Positions 22,683 to 35,444 of a DNA stretch of 64,000 nt are shown one piece after another. This stretch comes from Massalongia carnosa (taxonomy: Eukaryota), in assembly GCA_965645245.1 (NCBI GenBank), contig OZ287086.1, forward strand, positions 558,001-622,000, in the 5' to 3' direction. The position numbers and the translations under genes were made by a program. Each line of letters starts with the position of its first letter. Position 1 is the stretch's first letter. A model generated the notes under the pieces. That model was not told where the DNA came from. It made no database searches and saw nothing but the letters and a program-made list of their open reading frames with translations.

Positions 22683-23106
22683 TTTTGGAGGAGAGGGATT
22701 TGAATAGAGTAAATTTAAGTGTAGTGGTTGTATAAATTTGAATTGGGTGAAAAGAAAACGTTGCAAACAGTGCTATCAAAATGCTATGCTTTTTGATTGT
22801 CTTGAGATGTGAGATGATGAGGGATACCGTCTGGGACCTCCTCTTTATATATCTTCTTCCTATTCTCCTTGTCCTACTCTACCATCCCAGTATGCCCCAT
22901 CAACGCGGCCCATAGCAAGGCATACACAAATCCGAAACCTAACTGTCGTCCGAAGGATCGATGCGGTGCTAAGATCTCTATGCCGTGCTGAGACATCCTT
23001 ATGGTGCTGAGACATCTATGCCGTCCGAGAGATCCATGCGGTGCCGAAATCAAAGCGGGAGCTGTCTCGATTAACGACGCACTAGCTCTCAGCATAGCCG
23101 AACTAG

Positions 23107-25230
23107 TCTATGGACAGAGATAGTGCTAGCAATGGTTCATGTCAAGAATATTAGACCTACCAATGCTCTATCCGGCAAAAGCCCATACGAATTCTATGAA
23201 TCAAAACCACCATCTCTGAACCATCTAAGAGTTTTGGGATCCACTGTCTATATTCTTATTCATAAAGAAGAACGGAAAGGCATCAACAGCAAATCGGCTA
23301 AATTTTCACCTCGAGCTCAACGTGGTATTCTGCGCGGCTACGATGGATGCACTATTTATCGGGTATTTCTTGAAAAGGATTACAGGGTCGTCAGGGTCAA
23401 AGATTTACTCATTCATGAAGACGCCATCTCCAAAGACCAGACCGAAGTTCCTACATATGATGCCATCATGGCCCCCGACATAATCATTCCGTCAGAATCA
23501 GTCACCACTATACTTCCCATTCCATCTCCTAAACGTGGACGAGGCAGGCCCAGATAGCACGTTCATATAGCTCACATATTATCTCTTCTATCAAACAAAG
23601 CATTAACTAAGCCAAATCACGTCTATACTTCCGATGACATAGATGAAGTAGATCCACTAGTCCTTCTGGCTAGAACACTAGAAAAGGAAGGATCATCAGG
23701 CCTTGAAAACTATGATGCACTGTCTCAACTCGACGTTGCCGAACCACAAACATATCATCAGGCTATGAATTCTGCATATTCAGAAGAATGGAGTCGATCA
23801 ATGAAAGACGAACATAACAGTCTCTTGGAAAATAATACCTGGGACCTAGTATCATCTGATTCAATAGAGCCTGGCCATATTTTTCTTAGCGGAAGATGGG
23901 TGTACAAACTGAAACGAGACATAGATGGAAAGATCACACGATTCAAATCTAGATGGGTGGTGAAAGGCTATCTCCAACAGTATGGAGTAGATTTCGAACA
24001 GACCTATGCTTCCGTCGTGAAACCGATGGCTTTTCAATTGCTATTTGCCATAGCTGCATTTTTTTACCTAGACATCGAACAGCTTGATGTCGTGACAGCG
24101 TTCCTTTATGGAGTAATTGATCAATTGATCTACGTCCAGACTCCCAAAGGATATAAAACGCTAGGCATGATTTGCAAACTTAATAAGGCACTATATGGTT
24201 TGAAACAGTCTCCACGTCTCTGGTACGAACGTCTATCAGAATTCTTACTGAGCAAATTAGGACTGTTCAAACTTCAGGCAGATCATAGTATCTTTTCCAC
24301 CTCCGCTGGCATTAAAGGGCCCATTGTCACCTCATTTGTTAACGATCTGAACATAATCGGCCCGAAAGGCTCTCCGATGATTACAGAGGTCAAAAAGCAA
24401 CTCAATATCGCATTTAAAATGGTAGATATTGGTCCCATCAGTCATTATCTGGGTCTAAAAATAGAACGTAATCGCGTTAACAGAACAATCAAACTCTCTC
24501 AGCCTGCCTATATTGAAAAGGTCCTAGAGAAATTTCATATGCAGAACGCAAAAATCTCTACTACCCCCATGAAAGGAGGCAGTCTTTTCAGAAATGACTC
24601 TCAGGCCTCTGATAAAGAAATCAAACAATACCAAGCGATAGTTGGCTCCATAATGTTCGCTATGATAGACACACGACCAGACATAGCCTTTGCAACATCA
24701 GTGGTCAGCAGACATGCCATAAATCCTGGCAAAACACACATGGAAGCCGCCAAAACTATCCTCAGATACCTCAGTGCCACCAAAGACAGAGGCATTACCT
24801 ATGGTGGAGGTGGCATGTCCGTACAGGGATATTCCGATTCAGACTGGGCCGGAGACAGGGAAGATCGCAAATCCACCTCCGGTTATATATTTATGCTAAA
24901 CAATGGACCTATCAGCTGGTGTTCCAAGAGACAGAAAACCGTCGCATCGTCATCTACAGAAGCAGAATATATGGCACTCACCGTGGCTGCTAGGGAAACC
25001 ATATGGATACGCTTATTGATGACTGAACTCGGCCTGATAAAGACAGATGATGCCTCTCCAACAGTGAACGTACTAAAAAGGGAATGTTCTATAGCACTAA
25101 AAGGCGACAATCAAAGTGCAATCGCACTAGCCAAAAATCCCGTTTTACATTCTAGGACAAAACACAAAGACATTCAGCATCACTTCATCCGGAACAAAGT
25201 CATCGATGGACGAATCAACCTATCCTATAT
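23107..25230 (+). pseudogene. Copia pol remnant (integrase C-terminus, RT, RNase H), 3'-truncated
   Basis: Motifs LRVLGS, RFKSRWVVKGY, KALYGLKQSPR, GYSDSDWAGD and STEAEY. Stop at 23557 and RT active site mutated to FVND. Confidence 0.92.
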
Positions 25231-28200
25231 GCAGCAATTGCTGCTTTCTTCTTTGTGTTCGTCTTGTTTATTTAGCATAGCTATTAGCTAGCCATCAAGA
25301 CCATCATCACCACCACTTGGGTAGGCCTTCTATTGCCCACCCGTTACATTACGAACACCACCCCCATACCTCAAGTGGTCCTTCGTCCCCAAGTCCTTCT
25401 GCCGAAAAGGATGGCCTCCAGCTTCTCCGCCGAGGCATCTACCCCTCTCTCCGAAGGCCAGACCTTCGATCTTCCCCCTCCGGACTTCAAAAACGAAGCC
25501 TCTCTTGCCACTCAGGTCATCACGCCTGATGCCTAGAGCCACTCGATCCAGAAATTTCCCCACGAGTGGTACAATTTTTCTATTCAAGCTACCAATCAGG
25601 TCACGTCCCTCTTGAGCTCCCTGGACATAAGAACGAGTCAGTGCGAGTCTTTAGAACCGGAGCGTGATCAAATCCGCCGTCAGCTGCGTGACTGCAATGA
25701 CGAGCTGATCGCGGCTCGAGCCTTGATCATCAGCCTTCGCGGACACCCATCCCCCATCAGCCACGCAGACTTCCGATCGGAGAGACTCCCGGACATTCCA
25801 AATTTCTCGGGAAAGAAGGAGATTTACGTTCCTGGACAACCCAACTGCACTTGAAACTTTTCGTCAGTAAAGACCGCTTCACCGGAGAAAAATCAGGACT
25901 CATCTATGCTATCAGCCGATTGGAGGGGCGTGCGCTCTTCCAGGTACAACCGTATGTCAAGTCACACCACGAGATCTCTCTGCCGGATGTACCGTCCCTC
26001 CTGGTGCTGTTGGAACGTGCGTTCGGGGACCCTGACCGAAAGGCCACCGCGCAGCGTGAGCTGCGCGCCCTTCGTCAGGCAAAGCGAGAGTTCCATGTGT
26101 ACTTAGCAGATTTCCAACGCATCGCCCCGGACACCAATTTTGATGAGGAAGCTCAACGCGCTGCCCTGCAACAAGGTATCAGCGAAGAACTTCAACAGTT
26201 AATGGTAACGCAGCAGGTCCCGGAGGACCTCAACGAGCTGATCTCGTTACTGCAACGGCTAGATACTCGCCAGCGCAATGTCAATGCCCTGCTCCGGAAG
26301 CCCTACTCGCCCCGGTCCGCCCCATCTTCTTCTGATGCGGGGACCACACTTCGTAACCCTCCGTCTGGGGGGGTTGCCCTACCCCGAACCGTCTCCCCCG
26401 CCGCCGCCGCTCCAGCCTCGCCTCCAGACGCCATGGACCTCTCCGCCTTCTCTCGAGGCAAGTTGTCCTCGGCGGAAGTAACTCGTCGTATGAACGAGGG
26501 GCTGTGCCGTTACTGCGGGAGTCCGGGCACTTTGCGGCCAACTGTCCCAAACTGGCACGAGGGGGGAAACCCAAGCCGTCACGACTCAACGAGTCTACCC
26601 TTGCGGAGTCGACGGAAAACGCAGTGTCTTCGAGCTAAGTCGCTCTCGAAGACCGACGGAAGGATTCCCTGTGTCAATTTCGGCTTTTTCCATATCAGAA
26701 GACTCGTTAGATGGTAGACATTTCGTCGTATCCATAGAACTCTCTGTAGAAAATCGCGTTTTGCACACACATGCATTAATAGATTGCGGCGCTTCTGGCT
26801 ATGCATTCTTTGATTCGTCCTTCGCGCAAAGAAATTCCCTGCCTCTCACCCCCCTTATCCGCCCTCGCGTTCTCGAAGTTGTGGACGGCCAACCAGCCGC
26901 GGCTGGTATGCTCACACACCTGGCCAAGTTGAAGATGAACGTCAACGGGCATCACGAGCACGGCTCATTCCTTGTGATCCAGTTGGGTCACTATCCGGTA
27001 GTCCTGGGAGTCAAATGGCTCCAAATTCACGACCCTTTCGTCAGCTGGTCTCGAAATACTCTGACCTTCTCGTCCTCGTATTGTCGTCTGGAGTGTTTAG
27101 AGAATAAACACGTCCCTCTTGATATTCCTGGCCTTTCTGATCTTTCGGACGAGTCTCCTCCCCCGAAGTCTGCTTCCTCAGTGCGTCTTGACCCTCTTGA
27201 TATCCGTGAGAACAAGGTCTCTCACGCGAATCCTGAATTCTTGAAACCAACCGAGTTTATTGAACATCCCGAGCCCATGATCCGAGTCCCGAGTTCACGT
27301 CTTGAACCCCCGAAAATCAGCAAGTACATTGAACACTCTCAGCCTCCGAGGCTCGTCCCAGAAATCAAGAAGTCCAGCGCCTTGCCCATCAAAATCTGTA
27401 TGATAGGAGCCGCGCCATTTTCCACCCTGATGAAGGATCGAAAGAACGAAATCTTCACTGCGTCCTTGTACGAGATTGAGAAAGCCATACAAGCCTTGAA
27501 AAACCCGAGCAACCTCAGCCTTGCAGCCGCATCTCTGGATGATGTGGCCAAATCCTTGAAACCTAAGAGATTCATCGATCCTGCTACCGTAGTACCCAAG
27601 GACTTTCATGATCTCCTGGACGTGTTCTCCAAACAAGAGGCCGATAAACTGCCTCCGCATCGTTCATACGATCACATGATCGTGTTGATGGAGGGCGCAG
27701 TTCCTTCGGGTCCTCTATACAAGATGTCAGCCCCCGAGCTTTTAGTTTTGCAGAAATATCTCAAGGAAAACTTAGCCAAGGGATTCATTCGAGCCAGTTC
27801 CTCTCCTTGTTCCTCGCCAGTATTGTTCGCACGAAAGCCTTCAGGCGGACTGCGATTCTGTGTCGATTACAGAGCCCTGAACGCGATCACCGTAAGAATC
27901 GCTACCCAATACCCCTGATTCAGGAGACCCTCGATAGGCTCGCAAAAGCCGTTATATTCTCGAACTCTGATATTATAGCGGCTTTCAATAAGCTGCGCAT
28001 GCAGAAGGGACAGGAATGGATGACGGCCTTCAAAACAAGATATGGGCTTTTCGAGTATGATGTTCTTCCTTTCGGATTGTCTGGAGGTCCTGGATCCTTT
28101 CAGCATTACATTAACGATGTACTCCGCGAATATCTAGACGCCTTTTGCACCGCGTACATCGATGACATCTTGATTTACAGTAAATCGAGAAAAGAACACA

Positions 28201-30221
28201 GGATCCACGTAAGAAAAGTTTTAACAGCTCTACGAGAAGCAGGGTTGCAACTGGACATTGAGAAATGCGAGTTCTTCGTCACCGAGACAACATATTTGGG
28301 ATTGATTATCTCCAGTAAAGGAATAAGAATGGATACTCGCAAAATTCAAACCATCAAGGACTGGATCACGCCCAAGAATGTTAAAGATATTCAAGCCTTT
28401 GTAGGATTCGCGAACTTCTATCGCCGTTTCGTCAAAAACTTCTCCGCCATGGCCGCACCCCTGATAAAGCTGACTCGAAAGTGTGTGATCTTTTCTTGGA
28501 ATCAGGAATGCGAGACCGCATTTCAAAGATTAAAGGACGCGTTCATGAGCAACCTTGTTCTGATGCATTTTGGTCCTGAGAAAAAGATCGTTGTAGAAGT
28601 TGACGCCTCAGACTGGTTAGTGGGGGGAGTACTCTCGCAACATGACGACGAAGAAATTCTAAGACCTGTGGCATTCTTCTCAAAGAAACACTCACCAGCG
28701 GAAGTAAATTATGAGATTTATGTTAAAGAGCTTATGGCTATCGTTCGTGCCTTTGATGAAGAGTACGGATACATGGACACCCCTTTAGTTACCTAGACAC
28801 TCCCCTGGGTTACCTAGACACCCCCCGATGATACTCAGACACCCCCCTCCTAGAATAGGTAAAGATTAAGGGTCGTGCCCTACCGCTTACCTGCATCGGG
28901 GTAGTGAGGGGGCAATTTCTTTGGCACCTGAAATTTTTTCCTTTTTTCGAATGTTAGCAGCCGATCGAGAATGATTGAAACGGAGTCGATTGGCACTGTC
29001 TTTGCAAACCAGACAGTGATTTGATACGAGCTAAACCTCATTTGGACTATCTACAATGATCAAGTCATCTTCTTCGCTTGTTGCCCGTTCTGACGTTGCT
29101 GTCCTCTTCTTTGGCCGACCTGTCCGACCTGTCCGCCCTGCCGGTGCCCGTCCTTTCGTCGTTGCCTTTGCCCCCCCGGACGTAGCTGTCCTCGTTACCC
29201 TCGTTGTCCTTGGTGTAACTTCATCTTCCCCCCCTCGTCTTCCTCGTCTGCCACCTCGTCTGCCACCTCGGCCGCGACCCGGTGCCGAGTCCGCTCGATG
29301 CACTGCCAAATGCGTCTCTGGTTCCGCCCGTTCGAAAAGCGATGGTTCTCGATTTGTGGATGCGTCGAATGCTTGCTGTCTTCTATTTCCCGCACCTTGT
29401 GGACGCCCTCGAGTTCTTGCAACTTCTGGTTCTTGAATCAGAAGATGGGGATTATCGATCTCGACGCGAGGCAGAACTTGAGTTCTATCAAATCTACATT
29501 TCAAGTCAGCTTCATCAATCTAGAAAGTTAGAAAGTTGAGTACTACCTCCAATGTGAATGCACATCTTCGATCAACAATCTGCCACCCTCATACAGCCGT
29601 TGCTGAATCTTGTGACTGCATGGAAGACCGGTAGTCAGCGTGAAGGTTTGAGTGCAGGCCGGCAGGGCTGTTGGTCTCTCAATGAGTCGAAGATACTGAG
29701 GGAGTATCTTTCTCAAGGCGTATGGGGTGATATATGGTGCCACTTCTTGAAAGATTGGTTTACGAAGACTCAAAGGAAGTCGTACTTTAGCCTCATCAAG
29801 ATTGATCAGATAGTTATGTAGCTCATTGATCAGCAGCAAATTGATTCCGTCCACCACTGTCTTGAGATCTCCGGATGAGGATCCCAACTGTCGTTTCAGA
29901 ACCGCATGCCCGCCTTCTCCGCGAGAGGTGGTTGTCGTCTCGAAATGCAAGATCGTATTGGTATAGCACTTGACAAAGCGATGCCGAAAAGAAGAGACAT
30001 AGGTGGAGTCCAGATACTCAATGCAATTTCCCTGATATTGCAGACTAAACCGCTCCCATGTCTCCCGAAATTCCGTTTCCGAAGATGCGTATATCACTGA
30101 CTTCCAATTTGCGAAGAATCGATCCCAAGATTCTTTGGAATCGAAATGCTTCTTACAATTGACTAGGACATTGTTGTTAATGTGCCAAAGACAAAGCAGA
30201 TGATTGGTTGTAGGCAAAACA

Positions 30222-33200
30222 TGTTGAAGTGAATTGTTGATCACTATAGTGCATGTACGAATATTTAGAAGGAATAGTTTTGATTAATTCTATCGTGGGT
30301 GCTTTTGAGCACCCACATCGGCTAAACTACCCTAGGCCCATTCCGGCCAAGCAGTCACCAACTGCCTGACACTTGTCCGTTAGGCTAATGTTTAGCGTAA
30401 CATCAACACTCCCACTCAGGCATGGTGTCTGCCTTGGTTGATGCTATTCAGAAATTGCCCTGCCCTACCTCATGCCCATCATGGCCCTAAAGGCCTGGAA
30501 CCTTGCTGGTGGTAGCGGCTTTGTCATCCCATCTGCTATCATTTCATTCGTTGAAATGTATGTGATGATTATCTTTCGGTCTAGTACAACTTCCCTTATC
30601 CAATGATGTCGTACGTCAATATGCTTTGTTCGTTTATGGAACTCTGGGTTAGCGGTAAGGTCAATCGCCCCCTTGTTGTCTGCTCGGAGGTCTGCTGGTT
30701 GGTCAGGTCGTCTGTGCCCGAGGGCCTCGAGGAAGCGAGAGCACCATAAGGCCTCCTTCCCTGCTTCAGTGATCGCCATATACTCAGCTTCGCATGAAGA
30801 CAGAGCGACGGTCGGTTGTTGTTTTGATTGGTGAGAAATTGGACAGCCCGAAAGCATCCAAACGTACCCACCGGTCGACTTTCTTCCATCTACGGTCCCC
30901 GCCCAATCAGAGTCAGTGTATCCGATTAGTTCATCCGGAGAGTCAGCCGAAAATGTCAGTCCTATGGTCAGTGTCCCTGCTAAAAGTCGAAGTGAATCTT
31001 CTGGCCAATGGAGACCTTGGGGAGGTAAAGGAAGAGGGAGAGCAGAAAGGCCTCGCCGGAAAGCAATCCGTCGAAATCAGCTATGATCATCAAGGTGGCC
31101 AATCTTCGGAAGATTTGTTTGACTAGCTGTATGTGGGTGGGTCCGGGGTTGCTGCAATAGCGGCTGAGGACTCCCACAGAATAAGAGATGTCGGGTCGGG
31201 TGTGGACTGCTGGCCACATCAGTGACCCAATTGCTGACTGATACCAGGCCACAGTGGCTTTGTCCGCCACCTGTTTTGAGGGTAGAAGGGAGCTTGCTAC
31301 TCCCGGATCCATTGGTATGGAGGATTGCTTGCAGTCGGTCATTCCGAAACGGTCCAGAACCTTTTTGAGGTAGGTTGTTTGACGAAGGATTATTGTTTTT
31401 CCAACGTCAACGTCAATTTCCATTCCTAAATAGTGAGAGACGTCACCCAGGTTCGTCATTTTGAACCGATCAGATAGTTGTTTTTGTATGAACTCGAGGC
31501 GGGGTATGTCTGCCCCAAAGAGTAGTAGGTCGTCCACATATATCGCTATGAATTGCTTCTTGTCATCAGAAACAAACACTCCATGATCAAGTTCCAAGCG
31601 ATGAAATCCTAGTTTCTTCAGGAAATCAACAAGGGTCTGGTACCACACTTGTGGTGATTGTTTCAGTCCATAAAGTGCTTTGATAAGCTTACAAACTAGG
31701 TGCTGTGTCGGGTTGAATAAATGAGGTTGTTCGACAAATATCAGTTCATCCAGATATCCATAGAGAAAAGCGGTCACAACATCCATATGACGAATGGTAA
31801 ATCCACGTTTAACTCCTACACCCATTATGGCCTTATATGATATGGGCTTGACTACTGCAGCGAAGGTGTCGATGTAGTCTAGACCTTCTTCCTGCTTGTA
31901 GCCATGAACCACCCATCGTGCTTTGTATTTTAGGATATTTCCATGTCGATCCTTTTTCAGTTTGAACACCCACCGTCCGGTGATTACCCGTCGGTCTTTT
32001 GGTGCTTCGGTCAACTCCCACGTGCCATTTTCGGTATGAGATTCAATTTCGGCCTTCATGGCCTCCATCCATTTGGGCCAATCAGGCCTAGCCATAGCCT
32101 CTTTGAGCGAGAAGGGTTCGTCTGGCCCTTCATTATCAATGTTGTTTGCAAGCATGGTTAGTGCCTTCATCATATGTATGTGGGATTTTGCCACGTTTGT
32201 GCTAGTGAAGTTAGTTCGTTTCGGTAGCCTACCTGGTCCATAAAAAATTTCATCAGGATATTGTGCTCGTTTGACTGGTGCCCGCTTGGACCTTCTCAAT
32301 GGAACATGGTCAGAGGTGGAAGAATTGTGGCCTTCCGAGGCCTCGGGGGTCTCGGGGTCGGTGGCCTCGGCCTCGTGGTTGGTGGCTTTGGGGTCGTGGG
32401 TCAGACTATCATAGGGACTATCATAATTTCCCCCTCCATAATTTTCTTCGACATTTCTCCCTTCTGGCCTTGTTTGTTGTGAATCTCCCACTGAATTTTG
32501 GTGTGAATGTTCCGTGTTTGGAGGAGAATCGGGGGGTGTAGGTAGGTGAGGTTTATTTGACCGAGGGGTGTAATAGTCCTCGGGTTTGTTATTTCCCTCG
32601 TCGTCAAAATCGTCTGGATTTCCGAACTGATCATCGTCTGTTTGTGCCCATTCGTCATCAACAAGCTCGTTTGATTTGTAGGCTTTCCGGTCAAATAGGT
32701 TCTTTTCATCAATAGTTACGTCTCTAGTAACATGAACTTTGCCTGTGCAGGGGTCATATATCCGGTACTGATTGGTGCCTTCATAGCCCACATGGATGCC
32801 CTGCCAGGACCGTTCGTCTAGCTTCTTTCGCCTTTCCTTGGGAATATGAACCCAAGCGCGTGCACCCAACACTCTTAGATGACCGAGGTTAGGCTTTTTG
32901 TTGTTTAGTTTCTCATATGGTGTCACCCCGTCCGTGTTAGGACTTCTGTTCTTCAGATAACACACTGCTTTGATGATTTCAGGCCATAGGCCCTTCGGTA
33001 ATTTCATTGCTGATAAGATGGACCGGACTGAACTCATCAGAGTATAATTCAGTCGCTCGGCTTTTCCATTTTGTTCGGGTGTGTATGGGGCACTGCATTT
33101 CCATCTGATGTGTTGTTTCTTAAGATAGTCCTGAAAGGCTTCATTGTCATATTCACCTCCCCCATCCGAATGGAGTGCTCCCATCTGCATGCCAGTTTCC

Positions 33201-35444
33201 TGAGACGTCCATTCGATATATTCCTTTGCCTTCTCAAAGGCCTGGCTCTTTAGCTTCATTGGATAAACATGGTACGTTCCAGTGGCATCGTCTTTGAAAG
33301 ATATGTAGTATTGTAACCCGTTTCTGGAGGCCGGGTATGGGCCTCCCAAATCACTATGGACCTCTTCCAGGAATTTTGAAGCTCGGGGCATGGGAGTTCG
33401 TGACGGCTTACGTTGCTGTCTACCCTTCATGCATGGCCCACAAATTTCCTCTGGGACCGGCCCTTTCACCTCAATCCCTTCAGCTATTTTCGGAAGTTTT
33501 AGGATGTTTCGATAACCAAGGTGGCCCATTCTTTGATGCCAAATTTCAATGGTTGGTTTGATTGCATTCACTACTGGTTTAGTGTTTGCGAAGTTCGTCA
33601 TGGCCTCCGAGGTTTTAATTCGAAGCACATATTGTCGATTGATAACGTCAGCTAGTCCGTGGATTTTGTTCTCATGAATTAATTGGGTAGGAACATCCGT
33701 ACGTCTCAGGAACACCTCAACACCTTTCATTGCAAGGGGAACGGTGCTCAGTAAGTTGTGGCCTAGGGCAGGTGCCCAGCTTACATCTTTTACTGTCAGG
33801 ACATTTATTGATCCGTCTTCCTGGACCATGTTTAGGACTACGTCACCATACCCGAAGGCAGGAAGAACTTGCCCCGAGCCCGTTTGGAACTCATGGTAGT
33901 ACTCAGTGTAGGTGGTAAAAAAGCCTCGGTTTGAGAAGAAATGGTCGGTGGCCCCAGAGTCTATGATTACGTAGGGGTTTGGTTTTGGAATGACTGCGGC
34001 CACTGACTTACACGTCAAATGAATGGCCCCCATTCCTTTCTTCTCTTCGACCTCATTGGTCGGTGTGATCGGTATGATCTTTCTGATAAAGCAAGATAGC
34101 CCTTTGGTGGTTGCCTCTGGGGTGGTCGCCTCACTTTCCTGGTTCGTCTTGTTCTTTTTACAGAACTTCTTGATGTGGCCACGTTTACCACACCCATTAC
34201 ACTCCGCTTTGTCCATCCAGCAATCACCTTTTCCATGCGTTTTCTTGCACCTGGTGCAGACATATGTGTCTTTGCTGTCGGAAGTGTTATTGGAGTTGGA
34301 GTTGGAGTTCTCCCCCGGCATTTTCTTTTTACCGGAGTCCCCACCTTTCTTTCCTTTCTGCGTGTAGTTCGCGGTTGCTTTGTCCTGATTGGCTAGTCGT
34401 AACTCTTCATCCTCCAAGGCCTTTGCTAGGACCTCGAGTGTTGGAAGTTCTGCTTTCTCCCTCGACTCATGGCTGAGGATGGCCAGGTAGGACTTGAACT
34501 GAGTGTCTAATGAATTTAGGGTATGAATTATGACCGCCTCGTCCATGGTTATTTTTAGGTCACTTATTTCAGAATTAATGTCCCTAATTTTACTGATGAA
34601 CTCGGCCACGTTCTTGCAGTCCCGTTGGTGGATGGAGTGCAACTTTCCGAGTGTATTCCATTTTGATGCCCAATTTTGTAACGTGTATCGCGATTGTAGG
34701 TGGTCCCATAGCTCTTTTGGAGTCCATCTAGCGAGTGTGTTTTTGGATAGGAATTCTTTCTGGACGGTCTCGGTGCACATTCGCCCAATTTTTGCTACCG
34801 TACGGCGCGAGTCATCGTTGAAGTCTTTGATTTTTAGGGACCGCTGGTAAATTCGTTCGGCCCTTTCTTCATCATCATTTGTGGTCGCTACCAATGTTGG
34901 AGGTGGAATAGCCGTTCCTAGAACATGGTCCCATAGCTTAGCTTCCTCCAACGCAAAAGACATGTCGCGAGTCCATTGCTTGTAATTGGTTGAACCGGTC
35001 AGCTTTTTAAAGCTATAATCATACTTTGCATCAGATCCCATGGCTGCGGTACTGAAATATGATTGGTTCGGTCGGGTCTGGTCGATCTGGTGCGTCTGCA
35101 CCGTTTGGTGGGGGGTCGAAGCAAAAGTTGACTGGCTGGTCGACTATTTGCTTGTTTGGGGTCGCAGGAACGCTGACTGGTTGGTCAGTTACCTGATTAG
35201 AATATATTCGTAGTGACTATGTAATTGTAATGCAGGTACGCATCCGGGCTCATAACCTGCTGAAGTGAATTGTTGATCACTATAGTGCATGTACGAATAT
35301 TTAGAAGGAATAGTTTTGATTAATTCTATCGTGGGTGCTTTTGAGCACCCACATCGGCTAAACTACCCTAGGCCCATTCCGGCCAAGCAGTCACCAACTG
35401 CCTGACACTTGTCCGTTAGGCTAATGTTTAGCGTAACATCAACA
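30222..35444 (-). mobile_element. Young full-length Ty1/Copia inside the MULE
   Basis: 187-bp LTRs at 30222-30408 and 35258-35444 with one difference noticed. AAACA TSD, PBS GGTTATGAGCCCGG and PPT TGAGTGGGAG. Confidence 0.97.
30465..35041 (-). CDS. Copia gag-pol polyprotein, broken before RNase H by a 122-bp insert
   Basis: One long ORF with zinc knuckles, IIDSGAT protease, integrase and YVDD RT. RNase H (STEAEY-like SCEAEY, KHIDVRHH) lies at 30980-30465. Confidence 0.93.

Larger units (their letters stand above)
18167..23106 (-). mobile_element. Ngaro-type tyrosine-recombinase retrotransposon, copy 2 (4,940 bp)
   Basis: Reverse complement of 11719-16658. All ORF translations are identical and mirrored coordinates sum to 34825. 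Confidence 0.95.
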
